DNA of 64,000 bases from assembly GCA_043228905.1 (NCBI GenBank), contig JBHGNT010000008.1, positions 20,026,001-20,090,000 of the forward strand, in the 5' to 3' direction. The position numbers and the translations under genes were made by a program. This DNA comes from Azolla caroliniana. Lineage: Eukaryota > Plantae > Polypodiophyta. A model generated the notes under the pieces. It saw only the letters and a program-made list of their open reading frames with translations. It ran no database searches and had not been told where the DNA came from. Of the stretch, positions 48,635-61,200 are shown piece by piece (positions within the stretch are counted from its first letter, which is position 1; every line of letters starts with the position of its first letter).

Positions 48635-50417
48635 GTATAGCTCATCCATGCATCCATTAACTCGGGGTTAATAAATGTAGCCTCCTCTCTCCACATCGGA
48701 TGCAGCAAATGAGCTACAAGGTGGATCGGCCTCTTGAACCATTTCCATCGTATGTCAAATAACTTCAAAACATCTTCGTACCTAAAAGGGTATTAGTAAT
48801 TACAAAATGATCTGATCTTAAAAGATGAGAAAACATTTGGAGGTTTAATGCTAGCAAACCATAAAAAATTAAAATAAATATGAAATTTACTTGGATTTGT
48901 GGGGGATGTTTTCTTCCACTCCTTTTGCTAAAACATCTTTGCTTCTTCGCATAAACTCATATAACAAACCAATAGTGGATCCCTCCCTATTAGTAAGTCG
49001 TAAAACACTATACAATGGTGCCATTAGGGTCAAAACAACTTGAAACGAGGACTCAGTTGTAGGATCAAGGATGTAGTTCTTTACATTCATGGCATCTGGC
49101 TTATTGCAATCTGACCAAGACCTCCACATGTCACTCACCACTGTTTGCTCAAGAGGATACCAAACTTTGAGCAAACGTTGTATGACAAGGTACATCACAC
49201 CAAACCTTGTCTTAGAAGGTCTCAAGATGGCGAGGTTACTGTGAGCAGAAAAAATTTTCCTAGCATTCCTCTTCTTGCAAAAAAAAACGTACGATATTAT
49301 TTGCTTTCAACATAGTACTTTTCATCCAAGGTAGCTGACCAATGTCCTCCAAAAGTAGATCCAAAGAATGGGTTGCACATGGAGTCCAAACAATATTAGG
49401 GAACTCTGATTCTAGCAAAGACCCCATGCGGACACAACTAGATGCATTGTCTGAAATGACTTGGACCACATTTTCCTTACCAACTTCTCTAATTGCCTCT
49501 GAAATTCTTTCAGCTAACCAAGAGCTATCAACTGTTGGTGTTGTATTAGCATGACTACAATCAATGGACTTGAGGAACATTGTCCCATAAAAAGATGATA
49601 CGAGGACATTTACAAGTTGCCTATGAGAAACATCAACCCATCCATCTGTTAATATAGAACAACCATACTTGGGCCATAATCCTTTTACCCTTTCTAACTT
49701 TGCTTGCAAGGACATAACCTCATTTTTCAAGCCTTTCGTCCTCATGTAATTATATGTGACTCCATTATGTTTCTCTCCAATTGTAGAGAAAGCTTCTAAC
49801 ATGTTCCGCCAACATGGTGTTTTTAATAGATTAAATGACAAATTTGCTTCAATGATACATCTCACCTCCATAACGTTTGCATGTTGTTTCCTTTGCATTT
49901 GTAACACATGTCCTTTACGCAACGGTTGTTGTTTCACTATAATTGCTGGTGGATATGGTTGGCGACTACCACCACCCATACATGACATGCTTTGACTTTC
50001 ATCAACAAAGGTAGACGAGCATGAGGTAGAAACACCTAAAAGAAAAAAAAATTCAAGATAAATAATTTACAATTATTTAAACATTAGTAATCAAGACACC
50101 TATTGTAGGCTTGTGTCTATACCTTGTTCAGGCATGTTGAATGAGTCGATCTCTGCTACTATATCTTCTTCTTCACCAATTGCTTGGCTTCCACAATTAC
50201 CATACAAAGTTGTAAGGTCAATCAACATTTCCTTGGGGACATTGGTACATTTCGTTACTCCATGGCTAGGTTTTCCAATTAAATGAGCAATCATTCGTGT
50301 TGTTGACCCATGCATATGTTTGTTGCAAAATTTACAGTTCCAACTCCTATTTCCTGTTTGACTTCTTACGACATTGAGGCAACATGTATCCCAATATTTG
50401 TTCTTAATGGGCGGCAC
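48635..50417 (-). pseudogene. hAT transposase (BED zinc finger plus DUF659-type catalytic core) with 2 introns and a frameshift
   Basis: WNCKFC..MIAHL, GCSILTDGW, QVISDNA, WTPCATHSLDL, TRF, AHLLHP. GT-AG introns at ~50098-50037 and ~48890-48783; frameshift near the A-run at 49278. Confidence 0.9.
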
Positions 50418-50804
50418 TTTCCTTCTTTATTTTCTACAAATCAATAAAATTGAGATATTGAAAATGGAAAATAATGCACAAAAAGAGGAGCAAGATTATA
50501 TGAATGCATTAAAGCAAATCGAAGAATTGAAAACTTTGAATAGATCAACCTTCAGGGAGGATGAGGATTATACTACTTTAAATGAGCAACTACAGGATAC
50601 TCAAGAGTATCTTTTATTCATAGAAAGCAAATACAAGAAAATGTTACAATTAAGGACATGTATAAAAACAGAAAATTCAACTCTTTTGGAAGCTAAAAAG
50701 GAAGCAAAATTTACCATAACTTAACTAAAGAGCCTTAATGCTTAACGTAATAACGACATGCATAAAAGCAAAAAATTCAACAAGTTTGGAAGCCAAAAGG
50801 GAAG

Positions 50805-51285
50805 TAGAATTTGGTCAAGAAATCCATCTTGAAGATGTACAGAAAGGGTTCGATGAAGATCTATTTATTCATAGTGCTTTGCTAGATATGTATGTCAAAT
50901 GTGGATCTATAGTGGAAGTGCAAAATGTTTTCAACCGAATGTCCAACCGAGATGTGGTATTATGGACAACATTGATTGCATGATATGTTGAGCATGGACC
51001 CGTTGAGGATGCACTGAAAAGCTTTGAAAAGATACAAGATGAGGGGATACTTATTACTACCAAACACTTTCACCTTTTCTTGTGTCTTAAAGGAATGCTC
51101 TCATTGGAGGGTTTGTTGAGTATAGAACTACTGAGAAAGCATTAGATTCGTTCGATAAAATGCAAGTTGATGGAATCTTTCCGGATGCATATACATTGCC
51201 CATGTCCTAAAAGTGTGCGGTTTATTAGGGCCTACAGATAAAGGACAATCCATGTATATGGAGGCTGTATTGAAAGGGTTCTAGC
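50805..51285 (+). pseudogene. PLS-class PPR gene fragments inside the hAT
   Basis: GQEIH..KGFDEDLFIHSALLDMYVKCGSIVEVQNVFNRMSNRDVVLWTTLIA*YVEHG..DALKSFEKIQDEG, then EKALDSFDKMQVDGIFPDAYT. Confidence 0.85.
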
Positions 51286-51927
51286 AAGTGCACATTTATT
51301 CATACCCATCATATTCAAAAGCAGACAACCAAAACCATGATATTCCAAAAAATGAGTAGTTGTTAACAAAAATAAATATGCATTGCAAATGATAAAAAAT
51401 GGGACATCATTAAAAAAGGACCAAGCACTTTTCCCATGACACGAAATTGAGATCTTCAATGTTTCTAGAAACCAATGTCATTTATAGTAACATGGAAAGT
51501 AAATTAGAATGATCAATTTCTGAAATGAATTCAAATGGGATACAACCACTAAAATCAATAAGCAAAGGATTAGCTAATGCTACAAATTGTGAAAGATTTT
51601 GAACACATTGTCTACATGTATACATACATGTTTGAGTTTCAACACATGGTTCCTATAATATTTGATCTCAACACTTGCAAAGAGGAGAGTTTTATTGCAT
51701 GACGTCAATTACAATTGTCTACCAATTTGTTACTTGTATAGATGCATTATTGTGGAATAGATAGATTGCTGGACACAAGCATACATAAACTAGATCAACT
51801 AAAAATTAAATCTCCCTTGTCATTTGGTATTATCATACAACTTGACATTGGAATACAACAAAATGGGAGGTATACTTAATCATAAAAAATAAAAGAAAGA
51901 AACATATTCACTAACCTGATTTTATTT

Positions 51928-52074
51928 TCTTCTTCTTCTTGTTCTTCTTCTTGTTCTTCTTCTTCTTCTTGTGCTTCTTCTTCTTCTTCTTCTTCTTCTA
52001 GTGCTTCTTCTTCTTCTTCTTCTTCTTCTTCTTCTTCTTCGGCTTTTTCTGCTTCTTCTTCTTCTTCTTCTTCT
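51928..52074. repeat. (CTT)n microsatellite
   Basis: Directly visible. Confidence 0.98.
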
Positions 52075-52328
52075 AAGTCTATTCTGTTCGTCTTTCTTCC
52101 TTCCTTCTATTTTACTAAAGTTGTTCTTTTCTTTTGCTTTCTTTAGGGTTTTACTCACATTTTCTATAAATACGTACTATTTGTATTTTTTTAAAGGTAC
52201 GTTAAATACCGTATTAGATGAATGTATATGACATTTGAATGAACAACTTTGACGTATGGTACGTACTATACAAATAAGAAGGTATTATACGTATTGATAC
52301 GTTAAATACGCGTACGTAAACAACATTG

Positions 52329-54587
52329 ATCACAGCGAAACGACACAGAAAGTGGACGAATCGTTGGGCGGCATGTTCAAGCTCACCGGCTCCAACTATT
52401 CATTGTGGAAGTCGAAGATGAGGGATATGCTCGTGGTTAAAGATCTTTGGCTGCCAGTTCAGTTTGGAGACAAGAGACCGGACAAAATCGATGCCACGAT
52501 ATGGGAGGTGATGCACATGAAGACAACGGTGTACATACGGTGCTTCATCGACATGAGCCTATACAACAACTTCAATGAAGAGAGCAAGGCTCATGAGCTC
52601 TGGGAGAAGATCGACATTATGTTTCAGAACAAAAATGTTGTTAATCAGGTTTCGGTATTCCGGAAGCTAGTAAGACTCCGGTACCAAGATGGCTCTAACA
52701 TGGCGGAGCACATGAATGCCTTCCAGGGGTTGATACACCGGGCAACATCATTGGAAGTACCTCTCGCCGATGGGGTACTAGCGCTACTCCTGCTCAGTTC
52801 CCTCCCGGATAGCTGGGAGACGTTGGTTGTCACTTTGGGCAACGCCGGGCCGGGAGGGAAACGGTTATCCCTAGCAAGAGTGAAGTCGAGCTTGCTAGAT
52901 GAGGAGGCGCATTGGAAAGATAAGGATACGAGCTCCGACTCCAAAGCGCTCCTTACCGAATCGGAACGCGGAAGACAAAGGAACCGTAGCCCCCAGAACC
53001 GGGAAAAGTCGGGGACGCGGTCAAAGTCAAGGGGGAGACCTACTTGCTTCTATTGCGGCAAGCCGGGACACTTCCAGAAGAACTGTCGGCATTTCCGAAA
53101 GGATAAGGAGACCGACGGTACCGATTCGAAGCGGACCCCGGACCGGAACGATAAAGACCGGAGGGGGCCGAACCGGAAGGGAACGACGGCAATCGTGGCA
53201 AGTGAAGAAGAGTTTATGCTCATCACTGAGGAGAGTGATATAAATCTTGCCGGCGACGAGATGACCTGGGTGGTAGACTCCGGAGCGTCGTTCCACCTTA
53301 CCCCAGACCGGAAATGCTTCTCATCCTACTCAGCCGGTGATCACGGTTGTGTCCGGATGGGAAATGAAGGTACATGCCGAATTTTCGGCATAGGAGATGT
53401 GTGGCTGTCAACACCAACCGGATGCAAGATGCTGCTGAAGGATGTTCAACACGTTCCGGAGGTTCGTCTAAACCTGATATCAACTGGTCGGCTAGATGAT
53501 GAAGGCTACACGGGTAGCATCCGGAACGATGTTATGAAGTTCAACAAAGGGAGCCTGATTGTGGCTCGGGCCCGGAAGGTAAACACGTTGTACCTAATGA
53601 ATGCCCGGTTATGTCCGGAGGAAGTGAACGTGGCATCCGACACTGCCGATGAGCTATGGCACAAAAGGCTGTGTCACATGAGTGAGAAAGGGATGAAGAG
53701 GCTTGCAGACGACAACCTCATTCCAGTGAAGAACATGCACTTGGAGAAGTGTACTAACTGTCTGGCTGGTAAACAAAACCGGACCTCCTTCCGACCAAGG
53801 CCACCGATGAGACGTAATGCACCACTGGAGTTGGTGCATACTGATGTATGGCAAGTGGACACGAAGTCACATGCAGGATCGCAGTACTTCGTGACGTTCA
53901 TAGATGACCACAGCCGGAAGCTGTGGGCCACACCGTTGAAGACGAAGGATCAGGTGCTATCCGTCTTCAAAGAGCTCCATGCGAGAGTGGAAAGAGAAAC
54001 CGGCCGGAAACTGAAGGCGGTTCGAGCAGATAACGGAGGTGAATACCGGGGGCAGTTCGAGGAGTATTGTCACTTGAAGGGAATCCGGCTCGAATTTACT
54101 GTGCCGAAGACGCCGGAACTAAACGGGTTGGCCGAGAGGATGAACCGGACCATAATGGAGAGGGTCCGGAGTATGTTGGCGCATGCAAAACTACCCAAGA
54201 AGTTTTGGGTTGAGGCACTATCGGCGACGACATATGTGATAAACAGATCACCCTCAGTACCCTTGGATGGAGACACGCCACAGAGAGTCTGGACCGGTAA
54301 GGAAGTGTCCTACCGGCATCTGAAGGTATTCGGGTGTCTCGCGTACGTGCATGTAGCTAAGGACCGGAGAGGAAAGTTGGATCCAAAGACCCGGCCATGC
54401 ATATTCCTCGGTTACGGCGACGATGAGTTCGGCTACTGAGTGTGGGACCTGGTCGACAAGAAGGTATTCCAGAGTCGAGATATTATCTTCATGGAGGACA
54501 AGACGCTCGTCGACTAGGAGTCGGAGAAGAAGATAATGAACTCCGAGTCGACCGGTAATGATCGATTCTACGATGAGCAGACCCAAC
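52329..54587 (+). mobile_element. Copia family A fragment (partial PBS, gag-PR-IN)
   Basis: 695-aa ORF 52352..54439, colinear with 10169-12372. Confidence 0.93.
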
Positions 54588-54776
54588 CCAGGGGCCCATA
54601 GCGAACATATTCACGGATATGTCCCTGCATCCGGATCGCTCTCCGGGTACATTCGTCATCCGGTACCGAAACCGGGGTCTTCGTCATCCGGATCCGAAAC
54701 CGAAACCGGGCTTGTCGGCATTCATCTCCGATATCCGACCATCCCATCCGAAAGGGACCGAAATCCCAACAAAGGG

Positions 54777-56353
54777 CCCCCCGGAGATTTCCGGAACCAG
54801 AGCACCTGTTGCTAACCGACGAGGGGGAGCCAGAGAGCTTTGAAGAAGCAAAGCATGACACCCAGAGCCGCAGGTGGTTGAGTGCCATGCAGGACGAGAT
54901 GGATTCCCTGCATGAGAACCACACATATGAACTTGTGGAGTTGCCGAAAGGAAAGCGGGCACTTCGAAACAAGTGGGTGTTCAAGCTGAAACCGGGAGAT
55001 GCCGGAAACCCCCCGAGATACAAAGCCAGGATCGTGGTGAAGGGGTTTCAGCAGAAGAAGGGCGTCGACTTCGACGAGATATTTGCCCCGGTAGTGAAGA
55101 TGACCTCCATCCGGACGGTGCTGAGCATAGCAGCAAGCATGGACCTCAAGGTAGAACAGATGGACGTGAAGACGGCATTCCTTCACGGTGACCTCGAAGA
55201 AGAGATCTACATGCAGCAACCGGAAGGATTCGAGGAGAAAGGGAAGGAGCACCTGGTATGCCGGTTGAAGAAGAGCCTTTACGGACTGAAGCTCAAAGGG
55301 TACCTCAAAACGCAGTCCGACCACTGCGTGTTTGTGAAGAAGTTCGAAGGAGGAGACTTTCTAATACTCCTCCTGTACGTGGACGACATGTTGATCTTCG
55401 GACGAGACCAGGTCAAGATACGGATGCTGAAGAAGGCTCTTCACCGAACCTTCTCAATGAAGGACTTGGGTCCGGCGAGACAAATACTAGGGATGCACAT
55501 CATCCGGGACCGGAGCAAGAAGCAGTTGTGGCTGTCACAGGAAAAGTACGTGACAAAGGTGCTTAAACGGTTCAACATGTCGGAAGCAAGACCGGTCGGA
55601 TCGACCCTCCCGGCAAACTGCAAGCTGTCCAACAAGCAAAGTCCCAAGACAAAGGCTGAAAAGGAGGATATGATGAAAGTGCCGTATGCCTCAGCCGTCG
55701 GGAGCTTGATGTACGCCATGGTGTGTACGAGACCGGACATAGGATATGCAGTCGGAGTGGTGAGCCGGTCCATGAGCAATCCCGGCAAAGAGCATTGGAA
55801 CGCGGCCAAGTGGATACTCCGATACCTGAAGGGCACGGCAAACGTGTGCCTCCGATTCGGCTCCGGTAAGCCCGAACTCGACGGCTTTACCGATTCGGAT
55901 ATGTCGGCTGATGCAGATACCAGCCGGTCCACATCAGGGTATGTGATGACGTATGCAGGGGGAGCTGTTTCATGGCAGTCGAGGCTGCAGAAGACGGTTG
56001 CGTTGTCAACCACGGAGGCGGAGTACATGGCGGCTGTTGAAGCCGGCAAGGAAATAATATGGATGAAGGACTTCATTAGAGAGCTCGGTATCCGACAGGA
56101 GGAGTACCGACTCTACTGCGACAGTCAGAGTGCAATCCACCTTGCGAAGAACGCGGCCTATCACTCCCGGACGAAGCACATCCAGCGAAGATATCACTGG
56201 ATCCGGGAAAGGATAGAAGACAAGGAGTTCGTGCTGACGAAGGTCCACACGGACGAGAACGGGTCGGATATGCTGACCAAGGTGCTCACACCCGACAAGC
56301 TGGAAGCATGCCGGAAGAGGATCGGATTGGAGAGACATCCCATGCCGAAGTGA
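54777..56353 (+). CDS. Copia C RT-RNase H (continuation, with an in-frame deletion at ~55291)
   Basis: 514-aa ORF; LYVDDM, CDSQSAI; QAPRQWYRKFDSFMTD is missing. Confidence 0.92.
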
Positions 56354-58217
56354 AGGGGGAGTTTGTTGGGATTACGGTCCCTTTCGGATGGGATGGTCGG
56401 ATATCGGAGATGAATGCCGACAAGCCCGGTTTCGGTTTCGGAACCGGATGATGAAGACCCCGGCTTCGGAGCCGGATGACGAATGTACCCGAAGCGAGAT
56501 CCGGATGCGGGGACATATCTGTGAATATGTTTGCCAAGGGCTCTTGAGGCTATAGTTGTAAATAGCCCCAAAGTCATATGTGTATAAATATGACTTAGGG
56601 CAAACAGTTTTAATGTTGCTACTCATTTTTCTGTTTTTCCACTCAAGAGGAGTGAAGAGAGAGCAGCCGTGAGAGAGATAGAGCGTGAGAGAGGAGGAGG
56701 TCGACGCCTCTGTGTATTTCCGCCGCCTGTGGCGAGGACAACGAGCTCAAGGTCGTCGCCTTGCAGCTCGCCATTGTATATTTCTCTGTGCATAGTGTTT
56801 GGTTTGGAGTCTTGTACTCTCGTGGTTTTTTCCCGTCTAGGGTTTTCCACGTTAATCCCTGTGTATTCGTGTTCTTTCTCTGTGGTTCCTATTTTCTGCT
56901 GCATCGATTCGTGCTTACTCGGTTGTGGCCGAGTGGTGAAGGTTAATCGGAGGGTCGATTTCTCTACAGTAAGGTCCTGGCACTACCGCTTGCCTCCTCC
57001 TCGCTTGATGTTTCGGAAACCGTGCCCCGAATCCTCCGCCCACTCTCAAACTGGCTCTTCCCGTTCCGTAGTCACCGGCCTCAGCCTTGGCCGTCCCCTT
57101 TCCGCTAGACGAGAGGGTCGTTAGCTTCGCACCCTCTCCCACGTCGCCGTTGCATGCTCTTCCGGCCTCCGCATAGGCCCCGTCCTCCGCGTGTAGGGAG
57201 GCGTATTCCTCCGTAAGTTGAAAAGGTGACTTGTTCCACACCTTCCATGTAATGGCACCATCGTACCGAACCTGGTACACAGCCTCATCATTATTTTGCA
57301 TCCGTCAAGAAGGCGGCTTCCTTCTCGACCTGTATTTTCCTCTCAATTCGAGCATCGTTGGCTTAAAATATTTTGGTACCCCATCCCCACTCCAATGGTC
57401 GACTTCTTCGACCGCACTCTCAACGGCTTCCAAACCATTTCTTGTCCACCCTTCTTCCGTGTATGTTCATCATCGCCTTCGAGATTGCCGTCACAACGAA
57501 GCCCTCTTCATCCACGCCAACTCTCCCTTGCTGCCTTTCACGTCGGGTTTCACCAAAAGATGTTGTGGTATTCCACGGGTACGTGTAGGATCTTAGGCGG
57601 GACCGTGGGGGTCTTGGACTAGGGAGATGGATGGTGGAGTCCTTAAGCTTTGTAGGCTTCGCTCCGGAATCGGCTTCCGGTTCCAACGAATGTAGGGTTT
57701 CACAAAAAGACGGTTCACTGTGAATATGGACCTGACTCAAATATGTTACAAGGAAGATAAATATACACTAAAATGAATATATATTACAAGAGTCTACAAC
57801 AAGACGGTTACATGCCTGAATCTGGTGGCTATTACAAACAATCGGTTAATACATCAAGATGAGAATGGGCAGACCGGTGAAAGCGAGTCAAGTGGGCTGC
57901 CGGGACCGTGACGTCCATCGTTGGTCACACCCCGAAGACGATGGCGTGTTCCCGTGCCACTTCGCCCTCCCTTCTCGAACCGGCCACCATGCGAAACGTT
58001 CTCCATCGAGGAGAGGAAACCAAACCTTCAAGTGCCGCCACCGGAATGCTGAAGAGCCGCTGTTGTAGAAACCCCAAACCAAAACACTAACTCGACCAAG
58101 AAGAAGGTAAACCCAAAACCCCAAGCTTATGAAACCTAGATCACATAAAGAAACCCGAAACCTTAAATCCCCCCATAATCTCTCACAAGATGAAGAACGA
58201 GACGAATTACTAAACCA

Positions 58218-61200
58218 ACTACAAAAGACAGAGCATAATTTTTATGGAAAAAGAAAAAACATCCAACTACAAAAGTAGGCAAATCATTAGGTGTTTCTAT
58301 TTTGAGCCATATGTAGCATTTATTTTGATCATTTTTTATTATGGACACATATTTCTCTATTTCCTTCTTAATCAAACATGTCACCCCTCCTTGTCCTCTT
58401 CTTTGTCTTGGATTTTTCTTCCATATCAAAAACTGTACATTATAGTTTCCTAAACCTTAAATCCTTTGAGTATCATGCTCCCATGTTTCAACAAGAAGTG
58501 TGATATCCGAGTCATCGGTAATCTCCTCTATGCCAAATCCCACATTCCATGGGTATCCATTGCAATTCCAAAAGCATAGTCGTAAAAGGCGTAGGTTAGT
58601 CTCATAGATCACGTGTCCCTATTTGCCTACATTTCCATCTTTAGGCACATCCTTAACCTTATTTTTCAATCTTTCTTCATATGCTTTACGGCGAGCATTT
58701 TGTTGTGAGATAGTACGATCTTCATGTCGAATACGAGTGTATAATGGCCGTATTCACACTGTCCCTTTGGACAGCCCAAGTTTGGGCTATTTCTGTAAAT
58801 AGCATAAAGGGCAGTTGCCCTAGGATAGTCACTCTATAAAGTGACTTTGTAACCTTTAGAGGTGGTTGTTGTTGTTGGTTGTCATTCTTTGTAATTGTTG
58901 CTATTGGAATATAACAATTTGGTTGACATCCGGCTCATCAGAGATGAGTCTAAGGAGGTTCGACGGTTTGAACTTCAACTTCTGGAAGGAACAAATGCAA
59001 GACTATCTCATAGTCAAGGGTCAGATAGACCCGATTGAGAATGAAAATCCTCCAGAAGCATACAAGGCAAACAAGTGGCTAAAGCCAGACAGAATTGTCC
59101 GCGCCATGATTCGGATGCACTTGTCGGAGTCAGTGAACTTCACAGTGCAATCATGCACGACAACTTTTGAACTTTGGAAAACACTATCGGAAACGTATGA
59201 AAAGAAGGTCTCGACAACGAAGATGTATCTGATCCGGCGCCTCTACAACTTGCGGATGAAAGAATCTGATTCGGTTTAGGCACACCTCAACGAGTATGAA
59301 AGCATAAGCTCCCAAATCTCGTCTCAGGGGACGACAATCGAGGATGAACTCAGAGCAATGATACTCATGAGTAGTCTCCCCTCTTCATGGGAAACTTTCA
59401 TTACAGCCGTGTGCAATGCTTCAGCAGTTGCCGTTAAGTACTCCGAAGTCACAAGCTCAATCCTGACTGAAGCAGCTCGGAGAAAGTCTTTCGCCAAAGA
59501 CTCGGCAGATGAAGCTTATGTAGTACAAGGTTCGACCGACCGATCAAACAACCAGGGAAGAAGTTCTTCCCGACTGTCGAACAATCAGCGAAGAAACCGA
59601 ATCTGCAACTACTGCAAGAAACCGGGACACATCAAAGTCGACTGTCGGGCACTCAAAGCAAAAACCGACAAAGCTCAGAGAACGGATCAGAAGAGTAGAT
59701 AGCATGAGGAAGTCAACTACGTTAGCTCTTCAGCCGAAATTTTGACGACCAACCCGAACATATTGTCCATAGAGAACCCAGTCGAATCAGAAGTTCTGCT
59801 TACGACTGAGGAATCGAGCACATGGCTCCTGGACTCGGGCGCATCGTATCATGTGACACCTTACCGATCTCAGTTTTGGCAATACTCGGACCGGCACTCC
59901 AACTCAATTCGAGTCGGAAACTCGTAGCACTGTGCTATAATCGGAATCGGCACCGTAGAGCTCAACCTTCCAGGTGGCTCAACAGGCACCCCGACAGTGG
60001 TACAAGAAGTTCGACGACTTCATCCAATCAGTCAGCTTCTCAAAGAGCGATGAGGACCACTGTCTCTTCACCAAACACCTCAAGATGGGTCTCCCGTCTT
60101 CCTCATCATCTACGTGGACGACATGTTACCTTCCGGTCGGCATGCCAGAGAGCTCACCAAACTCGTTCAGAAACTGTAGTTGAAGTTTGCAATGAAGGAC
60201 CTCGGTCCGGCAAGAAACATACTTGGTATGAAGATTAGTCGGCATCGCGATAAACGAAAACTTTTCTTGTCTCAAACCGACTACATCGGACGTGTCTTGG
60301 AACGCTTCAACAGGCACTCAGCCAAGTCTACTTCGACCCCGTTCCCCATTAACCTTCGGCTGTCTCAGTGAGACTGCTCGACATCCGGTTCGCAAGGGGA
60401 AGATATGAAGTCGGTATCGTATGCACCAGCAATAGGCTCCCTTATGTACGCAATGGTCACGACACGGCCTGATATTTCTCACGTCATAGGAGTTGTGAGC
60501 AGATTCATTCATAACCCAGGCTGATCGCACTGGAATGCAGTCAAACATGTGTTCAGATATCTAGCTGGCACAAAAGACCACGGCATTCTTTTCGGCCCGA
60601 ACTCAACCTCAGACGTAGTCGGTTACACCAACTCGGACTTCGCCGGTTGTGTGGACAGTCGGAAATCAACAACCGGATACTGTTTCAAATTCGGCAATGG
60701 AGCAATCTCGTGGAAGTCGAAACTTCAGGAGTGCATAGCCACCTCAACGATCGAAGCGGAATATGTAGTTGCGTCCGACACAACAAAAGAAGATTTATGG
60801 CTCGGTCGGCTAGCGCACACGTTTCGACAAGTCGACTCCGACTCGGCTCCAGTTGTCTACAGCGACAGTTAGGGTGCTATTGCTTTGTCAAAATATCCGG
60901 TTCACCACAATGCCTCCAAACATATAGACGTTCGATATCACTTCATTCGGGCCTGTGTCATTTTAGGGAAAATCGGTCTCGAGAAAATATCCACAACCGA
61001 CAATGTCGTAGATGGAATGACCAAGTGTCTTTCGGCGGATCATTTCCGGTCCCTTCGACACTAGATGGGTGTAACGAAAAATCGGTCTGGTTAAAGTCAA
61101 ACACACAGCATAGGATGGTTTCGGACCACCGACATTGGTTCTCTGAGGATCAGCTTCAACTCTTCCGACCCGACCGGTTCGGTCTTTTGTCTTCGGATCT

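Larger units (their letters stand above)
48635..52328 (-). mobile_element. Tag1-like hAT transposon; 3' end lost in the gap
   Basis: Terminus reads CAATGTTGTTTACG on the minus strand (recalled Tag1 TIR starts CAATGTT); TACGT/CGTA subterminal motifs at 52170-52320; sits in a copia-A PBS (..ATCACAGC). Confidence 0.75.
46767..54771 (-). mobile_element. Close relative of copia C nested in opposite orientation
   Basis: 3' LTR 46767-47369; RT-RH 47380-48534; partial 5' LTR 54589-54771 identical to 47187-47369; TSD AAGGG. Confidence 0.9.
43681..56968 (+). mobile_element. Young Tnt1-like copia, family C
   Basis: 605-bp LTRs at 43681-44285 and 56364-56968 (4 transitions seen); TSD GTAAG; PBS TGGTATCAGAGC at 44289; PPT AAGGGGGAG. 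Confidence 0.96.
40255..58217 (-). mobile_element. Non-autonomous Trp-primed gypsy derivative with a GC-rich repeated interior, split by copia C
   Basis: 3' LTR 40255-41292 plus PPT at 41293-41302; interior 41303-43680 and 56969-57537; PBS 57537-57555; truncated 5' LTR 57561-~58217. Confidence 0.85.

Noticed and set aside
47380-48768. Single 462-aa ORF
   Set aside because: Artificial fusion of a hAT exon and copia RT across the N gap.
51922-52231. Poly-Arg and poly-Leu ORFs
   Set aside because: Translation of the (CTT)n microsatellite.
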